Below are positions 47,424 through 64,000 of a DNA stretch of 64,000 nt, piece after piece. This stretch comes from Lepidodermella squamata (Eukaryota > Animalia > Gastrotricha), in the NCBI GenBank assembly GCA_047495785.1, contig JBLDXI010000010.1, positions 1,116,001 through 1,180,000 on the forward strand. The letters are read 5' to 3'. Position 1 is the stretch's first letter, and the number at the start of each line of letters is the position of its first letter. A model generated the notes under the pieces. It worked only from the letters and a program-made list of their open reading frames with translations, did not search any database and was not told the origin of the DNA. The position numbers and the translations under genes were made by a program.

Positions 47424-48674
47424 ATGGCTGAAGACCCTGATCAAAACAATCTAAAAGATATAGCTGACGAAGGTCAGCGTCTCTTGAAGTCCGAAGCTCC
47501 TGGGTGGCATCAAGAGGTCGGGCGCAAGGCGATAGAAATCGCTGACAAGGAAATAAAATTTGCTGTTATCGGAAAAACGCTGTGCGGCAAAACTGAATTC
47601 ACCAGGCAGTTTCTACCCGGGTGCAAAGAGGTTACGGAGAGTGGCATTGAAACGGGGAACAGAACCAGTATAGTCAAACTCTGCCACCATCCTGAGATCG
47701 AGAACATATCTGTCGCAGACATTCCTGGCATTGGCTATGGGGAATACGCTAATATGGAGGCTGATGAGTACTTCAAGAAGCTGAAACTCGATGATTATGA
47801 CGCCTACGTACTCATGTTCCAGGAGCAATTCATCGACCGAGAACTGCAGTTGTTCAATCGAATCGGAACAACTCTCAAACCTGTCCACCTAGTCTGTTCG
47901 AACTTTGATGTCGCCCTGTTCAAGCACCGGAAGAAGCACCCTGAAGCAACGCCTGATGAAGTCAAATCTGTGCTAAGGGCGTACGTGTCACGTGAACTCG
48001 AGGGGCAGCGAATTTACTTTGTCGATAATACGGAGCCTGAGATGTGGGATTTTCCAGACTTGGCGCGTGACCTTAAGCAACTGCCTGATTATTTCAAACG
48101 GTTGGTTGCCATTTCATCTGTTTTCAGAGCCAATCTGAAAAGCGTCGAGCAGCAAGCAGATGCTATGCGCAAACAAGCTTGGTTCATCGCTACAGCAAGC
48201 GCTGTCACTGGATTGATTCCGCTACCCTTCGTAGATATGCCGATTGATGCTGCGCTTATCATTTACATGGCATCGCGCTATGCTAAGTCGTTCTGTCTGA
48301 CCGAAAAAGCGATGAAAGCTCTTCTGGCTCAATTTAAAATCAGCGAAGACCAAGCGCCTTCAATTAGGAGCAAAATGAAGTACTGCTCTCAAGATTTCAA
48401 GCAAATGGTGAAAGAAGCGTTCAAGAGTAAAGCGAACTGGCTGAGATTTTTGAAGGTCATTGCATTTGGTAGCATTCCGTTGCTTTTGTCATCCGCCGAC
48501 GATTTCATCAAAGCTATCCCTATTGTTGGACAAATAATAGGCCCTATTATTGGGGCCCCTGCTGGGTATGTCTCAACGCTGTTGCTGCTGCGGCGCATCA
48601 TAGAGTGCCTCGAACAGGACGCCAAAGTTTTGGTTCGTGAGATCAACCGTTTGAAACCACAGAAAATTGAATGA
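47424..48674 (+). CDS. Immunity-related (IRG/IIGP p47-like) GTPase, intronless
   Basis: G1 GKTLCGKT, HPEIENISVADIPGIG (G3), YD.Y, G4-like SNFD, WDFPDL, and hydrophobic C-terminal helices (GLIPLPFVD; IPIVGQIIG). Confidence 0.85.
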   Translation: MAEDPDQNNLKDIADEGQRLLKSEAPGWHQEVGRKAIEIADKEIKFAVIGKTLCGKTEFTRQFLPGCKEVTESGIETGNRTSIVKLCHHPEIENISVADIPGIGYGEYANMEADEYFKKLKLDDYDAYVLMFQEQFIDRELQLFNRIGTTLKPVHLVCSNFDVALFKHRKKHPEATPDEVKSVLRAYVSRELEGQRIYFVDNTEPEMWDFPDLARDLKQLPDYFKRLVAISSVFRANLKSVEQQADAMRKQAWFIATASAVTGLIPLPFVDMPIDAALIIYMASRYAKSFCLTEKAMKALLAQFKISEDQAPSIRSKMKYCSQDFKQMVKEAFKSKANWLRFLKVIAFGSIPLLLSSADDFIKAIPIVGQIIGPIIGAPAGYVSTLLLLRRIIECLEQDAKVLVREINRLKPQKIE

Positions 48675-50134
48675 AAATCTATCGCAATCTTCGTCGAATG
48701 TCAACATATAATCCTTGGAAGAAGACACTTTGAGACTCGCCTATCAACGCACTTTTAACGCTTATTCAAGCTTTGCACTTCATATTAATCGGCTGGCAAT
48801 ATATTAATAAGCAATCAAATGAAACAAATTTTCCTTTAAACCCTCTAAAGCTGGGGATGTTATCAACTCATAACTCAATAGATCAATGAAAAAACCTAAT
48901 TCCCTACAAGCAGTAGAATATAGAAATTGCTCAGTAATGTAACGCTGTGCTGATTTGAGGCTGAGAGCATGGAACTACGTGCTACGCTATTCTTCATTCA
49001 AGTAAAAAATGTGCGGGAAAACAGATTACCGTATTTCTCGAAAATATACCGCACCTCGATATTAGATATACAGTGCATGGCACGACTATATTCTACCGAA
49101 GCTGAGGAAATCGCACCATAGAGGAAGAAAAAAACCCCGCCCAACAGGACAAACTGTTAGGGACAATACAAACTGAGAGATATTACCAGAAGATCGCGTT
49201 AAACTAGTCATGTTGCTTCCTTTTTCTTTCATCCTGAAAATCCAAGAGACTAAAGATCTAGCCACATCGAACATATTGCACATCGACATCTACGAGCTAC
49301 ATCCTAAATCATGCGAATATTTTTTTAATTACGCAGTGGTAATGTCTTTATAGCTTCTTAACTCTGGGCTAGAGGTGCATTAAATGCTCATAGGAAACTC
49401 TCTTGAGAAAATGGATCACCCATTTTTAGACTTCTTTACAACCCTACTTTTTGGAAATTAATTTCAAGTTAATTTCAAGTTAATTAATTTCAAGGCAAGC
49501 GCTGCAAAAAGTTGAGTGAGCTTCGCAAATAATACAATGTGAATGTGTGCAAACTTTACATCCGATTATGCTACAAAATTTTGAATATAATGCAGCGTTA
49601 CCTTATGTTTTTTATAAACCCATTCAGTTTCTTGTTTCTTGCGACGGAGTAGAGGGACTGCTCTAGAGGGAGGCACGCAATTCGAAAAACCAAATTCTAT
49701 AAAATGGTATCCAGTGCAAATAGTAACCAGTAATAACAGAAATATATATAAGGTAACCTGGTAGCCATTTACTATAGAAGTCTTAGCGCGAAATATTCTG
49801 AAGGATTCATTCGCAATTCCAGCATGTTGCCTAATTGCCTGAATGCAAGAATCTATTGATCAATTTTCAAAGGCGCAGCTGTCTATTATTGAGAGCTATT
49901 GTCACCAAATTATTTATCAACTGCGCAATGGTAACTTGGCCGATGCATTTCAGACACGCGAGAAATATTCAAAAATATAATTTCTCACCATAAGTAAACA
50001 CCGGAAGAGGAGGAAAGACAAAGCGTATTGTCAATAGATCGATTGTGGGCTTGGTGACTCGGGGAAAAACAATAGGAAAAGTGCATCCTTCACTTTGTTA
50101 GCAGCACCACTTTTAATTGACAGGGACGTACGTG

Positions 50135-57252
<7,118 letters not shown>

Positions 57253-57774
57253 TTTTCCGGAAAATGAATTCATAGATGACAGCTAAAAGAAAGAAACCGC
57301 AGCTTTGTGAAATCGCAAAGGCAAGGCTCTAGAACCTAGCATATTTTGACCCGGTGCCTATGCATTTTTTGAAATTTAAAGTCCAGGTCTAATAACTATT
57401 AAAATGATAGTACGATATTGAGAAAGCTCAGAATTAAACGATAGATTTGCTATATAACGATAGGGAAGCGGTAGATTTGCTAATATTTCAATTTGAAAGC
57501 TACCCTGAATACACTTTATCTTTTATCTGTCTTCATCTTGTTATTCTGTTATTCTACGGATGAATCATGCTATTTTTCCTGTTACTAATCAGAATAAACA
57601 ACTTTCGTTACTTGACCTTTGCGCTATCAATTTCTGTTTAGAGCATCGAGAGCTTCACAGCTTAACCTTTTATCTCTGATAAAAAATAAAGAGGTTGCGA
57701 GTTTTCAGATAAGAAAAGCAAAATCATCCTCATTTTCGCTGGACAAAGGTGGAAAAGACATATTGTATCAGAAA

Positions 57775-59247
57775 ATGGTAAATTTGAGGAGTTTTTCTTT
57801 CCAACAAGTGAAAGATGAAATCGATCAAGGAAAGCTGCTCGTTGTCAACAATTTTGAAATCTACGACGTCACCAGGTGGGCCAGTCATCATCCTGGGGGA
57901 CAATTAGTCATCGAGCATTTTCTAAAGAAGGACGCGACCGATGCAATTAGAGCGTACCACCCAACTCGTGTCATCGAGAAGCAAATGCCGCTCTACCGAA
58001 TCGGAAAATTGGTCATTGACAAAGAGAAAGAACCTGAGGCTGAGAGCTACTTCAACAACCCCATCTCACTCGATTTCAGGAAGCTGCATACTGAAATGTA
58101 CGAGAAGGGCTACTTCAAGCCAAGCATTCTCTTCAACGCTGGCCACTTTTTCGGAATTTGTTCCTTGTTCCTGGCGTCCTTCTGTCTCACTGTTTTTCGG
58201 GATAAGCTCATGCCCGGTTGGCTTGTCTTGCCCATCGCATTGTCTGCAATAGGGATGGGCTTCGTATGCCAACAATCCATCTTCTTCTTCCTTCATGACA
58301 TGGGCCATCATGAAATTTCACACGATCGGAAAATAGATTCGCTTATCGGAAGTTTTTTCGCAAGCGTCCTCGGAGGTCTTTCACAAACCTGGTGGAAGAG
58401 TCGCCACAACATTCATCATTTGGTGACGAATGACCCTAGACATGACCCAGTTATCCAAATGATGCCGTTCACAACACCGTCACCCCACTTCTTTGGCGGG
58501 ATCTATTCGACTTTCCACAAGAGGATTATACCATTCAACAAATTTGTCCAGTTTAACGCAACGGTTCAGCATTACATGTACTACGTCTGGCAGATTATAT
58601 ACACTAGACTGGGACTCTTCATCCTCTCCATAGTAAGAAAGCCCATATTTTCAAGCTATTTGATTTGCGCATATCTTTACCTTTATCTTTTCATATTATA
58701 AGCTTGAACTAATGTTACTTCATTTTTTCAGAACCCGCCTCAAATCTTTCCGTCAATTACTCGTCGCGTTGAGGTGTTTGGTCTCTGTATCTTCACCATT
58801 TGGCAGTTCTATTTGCTATCAACCATTCCAACTTGGCCGCTCGTTTTCCTTTGGGTAGGCCTATCCAGCTGTTTTAGTGCTATGGCTTCAATTCAAGTCA
58901 ACATGTCTCACCTATGTATGCCAGTCTATGAGGTTGACCCTGACGAAAACTGGGTTACTCGTCAATTTAAAACAACTCTAGATATCGAAAGCCCAGCTTG
59001 GCTCGACTGGTTTCACGGCGGAATTCAGTATCAAGTCTTGCACCATTTGATGCCCCGCTTACCCCGTCACCGATATCGAGAACTCACTCCGATCATTGTC
59101 GAATTCGCTAAGAAACACAACCTGCCTTACAAGTGCGAAGGCTTTATCCGAGGGAACGAACTTGTGCTGGATCATCTGCGGGTTGTAGCCGAGCAAGCCA
59201 AGTTGTTCATTAAGGCGGCTAAAGTCGAAAGCTCCTACAACTTTTGA
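57775..59247 (+). CDS. Cytochrome b5-fused front-end desaturase (copy 3; intron 58633-58731)
   Basis: Highly similar to copy 2 (HPGG, HDMGHH, HNIHH, QVLHH, ends KVESSYNF). Opposite orientation. Confidence 0.92.
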
Positions 59248-59878
59248 GTTGGTTAATTTCCTATACATTTTCCTAGAATGACAGTTCCTATGACATTTGA
59301 ACCTTACATCGGTGAGCTTTTGATTTCGTGAGCATTTTCTTTTCCCTTATCATCATTTTTCACGTTTGATAGTATAATGATTGCACCGAAGCATTTTTAC
59401 GTGAATAAAAAGAAGTGATAAGAAACTCCTTTGTTTTTCTTGGAGCAATTCAAAGATTTTCCAGCCGAATAAAGCCGCAACGTCAACCTTGAAATACATG
59501 AAAAAGAAGCCGGTGGGATTTTCATGTTTTTGAATGTCACGTGACGTTGACGTTGGCGACCCAGATCCTCACTTGAATTTGGGGTTGAATAGAAGCAATA
59601 GAAGCATTCGGCGATTCTCCGTTTTGACAAAAATCTACAGCCGACCCTATTTATTTCCACTACAAATTAGCGAGTCGAAGGAACCATGGGTTTAGAAGGA
59701 AATGTTGCTTGCAAACGCTAATCTGTTCACCTCTTCAGTCCGCTTTCATCATGGGCTACCGAAGAGAGATACCGATTTATTGGTGGTCTGCGTTACATAA
59801 TTCTTAGTAACATTGCCTTCAAGACACAGAGATATAAACTAATTAATTTCAGAATATGTGATAATAAGTATTGGTTAT

Positions 59879-61110
59879 TTATCGTTGGTTGGAATATAGA
59901 TGGTGGTGAAGAATTCGAATACTGTCTTTAAGGGCCTGTGAAGCGATTCCGATGGCTGTGCCGGCGTTGATTCCATATTAGTCGCGCAGAAGTTGTATGG
60001 CTTCTGTGTCAGGGATCCGCGGGCACCGATGTATAGTCCACGTACTTCTATTGAATCTAGGTTGTATGCTTCGCAAATAAACTTGCTACACGGCTCGTAT
60101 ATTGCGCGTTTTTCTTAGCATCGACCAATTCAAATTGGTTTTGCGAAGACTCGCATCTGATAGTTGGATCAAGAATTATTCCTGTTCGGCTTCCTTTTCG
60201 GAGGGCTAGGATATCAAAGCGTCAAGAAGAGCTGTTGCTGGCTACACAATGTCCTTCCTTAGTGACATTATATCCCTGGCCGCGCAATTCGTTCGCTATT
60301 TTCTGGCAGATTTTGTTATGTCTCGAAGTGATTAGCATCGAGTTGTAGGGGCAGGCGCCAACATGTGCGAAGTAGGATCCGGGAGCTGAGGTGTTTTCTA
60401 GCAAGTTTCTAGCACCTAGCCGAAGAAACTAAAGGGTCCCCCTGTGGATTTTTAGAATTTCTCTGTTAGGAGTCCCGGAGCTGGGGTGTCGCGACACCCC
60501 AGCACCCCTGTACTTCGCACTTCGAGCAAGAGATTCAATCTCAGCGCTGCATCGACGACACTGGTTTCCGTCCTGACTGACACCTGGTACCCCACTAACC
60601 GGAGCCGTGTTTCTAGACATTTTGATCGTCATGATCCATTCAGCAACGCTTAACCCGTTTTTCCGAAAAACCCAATTGTTTGTTTTGGGCACACATTTGA
60701 ACTGGGCAACTCCTCTCCCTTTTTTGATCCAAGCTGTGTCATGTTCCACGTAGTCGAAGAGTGTTACGTATGATCTTAGTATTCGAAGGAGGATTTTTCT
60801 CCGGGTCGAATCGATCATCGTTTTCCATTTCCTCATCCAGATTCTGATCAAGCTCATCATTGTTAAGGTCAACATCAAGTTACGCTGGACATTCTTCTAT
60901 TTCCTTCTCAGGGTTTCTGCAGGCCAGTACCAGGGGTTCGCCGTTAACTAACAATTTTCTACAAATATTATATATTTGAAGATAAGCTTCCCAAATAGCT
61001 TTCGGAAGGCCAAGACCACGATGTTTACGAGCAGCATAGCAGCATCTATCCTGCTGTTGCTCATTCAGGTCTAATCGCAATCTTCCGAGGTACGTCAGCA
61101 TGTTTCGCAA
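59879..61110 (-). mobile_element. Degraded non-LTR retrotransposon 3' end with REL endonuclease (R2/NeSL/Utopia-type)
   Basis: RT thumb YAARKHRGLGL, CCHC finger CRRC..E.ESL.H..G.CP, RHNKI, DIL, IILDPTIR, IGARG, ending ALKDSIRILHHHLY. Contains frameshifts, stops and an insertion. Confidence 0.8.
60365..60520. mobile_element. Small MITE-like insertion nested in the retrotransposon zinc finger
   Basis: Terminal inverted repeats GTGCGAAGTA / TACTTCGCAC; internal 24-bp perfect palindrome at 60480-60503; splits the ESLA..HVGACP motif. Confidence 0.55.
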
Positions 61111-61333
61111 TCGTTACCCTATAACAGAAAATGATATATCAGGTCAGAAAGTTCTTGCTTTAAACAAGTATGGAACTCAAAGGCCAGGAACATGAGATAA
61201 ATTATGTTTGAGCAACATTTCGTTCCTCGGAATCATGAGGCTGATAGAAAAGAAATCGACCCATAACGTTTGATCGAGGTTCATCGATTGCTATACGTCA
61301 CTCGGTCCCTTTGCACTGCAGAGTACCGAGGGA

Positions 61334-61869
61334 CATTATGCTTCCGTATTGCAGGATCAAAGTCCAGGTGGTCACGTGGTATGAATAGCTAGTTCTGAGG
61401 CGTTGTTTTTTTCGTTGCTTCGTCGTTTCGTCGTATCGTCACTTCGACATCTCATTCAAAAAGCTGACGAAAGAAAAAATAATGGGGTAAAAGAAGGATT
61501 TGAAACCCGGGACCACTGAGTTTTGACGCACAAGGCGAAACCACTGAGCAATAGTGCTGGGTCATGGTAATCACCCTCGTTCGGCATTTTTATACACTAA
61601 ACGAACGCTACACATGAGCGTTTGTTGCCAGTTGCAGATAGAAAGCCTCCTATCGTATAGCGGCTCAAATTCATGGTTCTGATCCTTAAAGTCCCGGTTT
61701 CAAATCCTTCTTTTACCCCATTATTTTTTCTTTCGTCAATTTTTTTGTATGAGATTCGAAGTGACGATACGACGAAACGACGAAGCAACGAAAAAAACAA
61801 CGCCTCAGAACTAGCTATTCATACCACGTGACCACGTGGACTTTGACCATGCAATACGGAAGCATAATG
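61334..61869. mobile_element. Foldback non-autonomous DNA transposon with ~180-bp TIRs and tRNA-like inner ends
   Basis: CATTATGCTTCCGTATTGCA... mirrored by ...TGCAATACGGAAGCATAATG; flanked by GA on both sides; B-box-like GGTTTCAAATCC in both arms. Confidence 0.8.
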
Positions 61870-62324
61870 GAAGTTGAGAAAAGATCGAAATTAGGGCGGG
61901 TAGCATCTTGTAGAGGCGACTGGCCTAAGTGCAAAACAACCAGTCATAAATTATTTCGTAATACATTGGCTACATGTTCATTAAGAATGAACGTAAACGT
62001 TTTTGTTCTCGAAATTGAAAGCCAGCTGTTCAACATAGCGCAGTTTATCTGGTCCTGCTTGCTATAATTACCTATTCTACCGTTCACTGTTTACTGCCAA
62101 AACTTTTCGGTAGCATATCAGACAAAGAGAAATCAGCTGATGAAGCAAACATCGACTGAATGCCTAAGGAGATACACGGGGACAATACAGACACCGTTGC
62201 GTTAATTATTCAGCTGGAGGAAACTGTATCGGAAGAAGCTTTCATGCTGCTAAGAATTTAAGCGATTATTGAACTGGGAAAGAACTGCTTCATGGTGTAA
62301 TTATACAAAAATAAATACAGCGTG

Positions 62325-64000
62325 ATGAAGTTTCTCTGGTTACTTTTCAACGTTTCCGTTACAAGCGTATTCTGCATCGAATACGACACGGGTTACATCG
62401 AATATCAGTTGAGACAACTGCCTAGTGTTGTAGGCTATTGGCCTCTGACAGCCTACTACAACGTTCAAGATGCTCTCGGAGTTATCGATGCCGTTTCCTC
62501 AATTGATCCACCTCTATTTGGCCAGGGTCCTTACGGAACTGCCAATTCTGCGATTCAAATCGACTCTTCGGATGCGGCAAATCAGCGATACGTTACTGCA
62601 TCATCGCCTTTGATAAATGTTGCAACATCGTGGAGTTTGGCGCTTTGGGTTAAGACAGAGATAAATCAAGGCATGTGCTTCCTCGAATTTTACCCAGGCA
62701 GGGCGCATCTCTGGCAGTGGAGCGCAGTCAATTCTCTTTATTTCTACCCGGCGAACAACAATAATTCAGCTATAACTATGCCATGTACCATGAATTATAC
62801 TTGGACGTTTGTCGGGATTACGTACGACAGTGTGGCTCAAAAAATGCAGCTGTTTTGTAATACGGTCGCTGGCCCACTTGTAGCAATAACAGTTCCACCA
62901 GCTATATCAACGGACCTAGGAATAGGCCGAAGGTATTATTTTTAATTCCTGCGGGAAATCGTTGTAGCGAATGAAATTTTACGTAGAGATGGCTGGACGC
63001 ACATTGGAAAGTATGCATGCGTTTCTATGCATAAAACTGCGATGACAACCGCCCAGTTCCTTCAGGTGAAAGCTAGCTGCCAACTTTTTTCAGGTATCAT
63101 TTTGTCACGCAAGATTTTCGGTAAAATCGAGTAATTTTTTCTCCAGCCAATTGCTCAACAGCATGCAAAAATGGCGGCACGTGTGTTGCCTACAACGTTT
63201 GCAAATGCCCTTCTGGGTATGCCGGTGTACTTTGCCAGTTGGGTAAGTGAAAAATGCGCGTTAAAGTTGGTTTTACGCTGTCCCTCGATTTAGTTGCAAC
63301 CGATAAAGACCTGATTGCCACTAGGTTTAGTGAAATTCCGAGCCTAGTCGTTTTCTGGCCTTTGACCAGTGAATATGGAACCTTGGACGCCACTTCGAAC
63401 AAAATCCATGGCAACCTTACAATGTACATGAAATACGACACTAGCCCATTCAACAACGTTGTTGCATCGTCTGTCAGCTCGCTATCACTAACGAATTACA
63501 TCACAGCTAAATCCCCACTCCTGAATTTTAACTCAAGCTCCTGGACTTTAACGATGTACATATACGCTGTGACGCCCTGGCACCCCATTTTCGAATATCT
63601 TCACCCGACAGTGCCATACGCAGATTGGGGCATGCACCTGTGGCTCAGAACCGCAAATGACTCGTTGTGGTTCAACACCCGAGCGCCGAATGGCTTGGAA
63701 GTTGCTTGCACGTTGATGAAATCGTGGAAATTCATCGCCGTGACATGGGAAGCGACAACGAAGACGCTGCAATATTTCTGCGACGAGTTTTTTGTGACAC
63801 CCACCTATGTTTCCACCGGATTTCCAATCACATCAGATAGTGTACTAATCGGAAGAAGGCAAGTTATTAAATGGAAATCGCGGTGGCATTCATAGTGATG
63901 CCCTAATTGCATTGATATAGCTCAATTGACCAGACTCAATTCTACGATGGGAAAGTTGCATGTATATCGCTCTATTCCAAGTCTCTTAATGCAAATGAGA
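62325..64000 (+). CDS. LamG/pentraxin-like + EGF repeat protein (paralog of 50135-57252); runs off the window edge
   Basis: Signal peptide, YWPL/FWPL domains, CKNGGTC EGF. Same intron positions and the same cgtgATGAA start context as the 50-kb gene. Confidence 0.82.

Overview
Eukaryotic, compact invertebrate-animal genomic DNA. Introns are mostly about 50-60 bp, many with AAG acceptors. The species cannot be identified from sequence alone. In order, the window holds: (1) a partial secreted multi-LamG/pentraxin-like gene; (2) a TPC3-type two-pore channel; (3) a pair of unrecognised Cys/aromatic-rich paralogs; (4) a 16-kb tandem array of seven unrecognised single-pass membrane proteins sharing cytoplasmic motifs; (5) two cytochrome-b5-fused desaturases resembling delta-8 sphingolipid desaturases; (6) a ~15-kb cluster of 15 short prepropeptide genes with intronless CDSs (signal peptide, acidic spacer, mostly KR/RR convertase sites), one of which is missing from the ORF track, with two Cys-rich secreted paralogs inside the cluster; (7) an IRG/p47-type GTPase; (8) a large LamG-EGF-ShK-CCP type I membrane protein; (9) a third, inverted desaturase copy; (10) a decayed REL-endonuclease non-LTR retrotransposon; (11) another LamG-EGF gene. 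Two foldback elements carry outward-facing tRNA-like sequences. The strongest candidates for an undescribed system are the peptide-precursor cluster (31.6-46.8 kb) and the seven-gene membrane-adaptor-like array (8-24.4 kb). All domain and family calls come from motif recognition by eye; no database searches were run.
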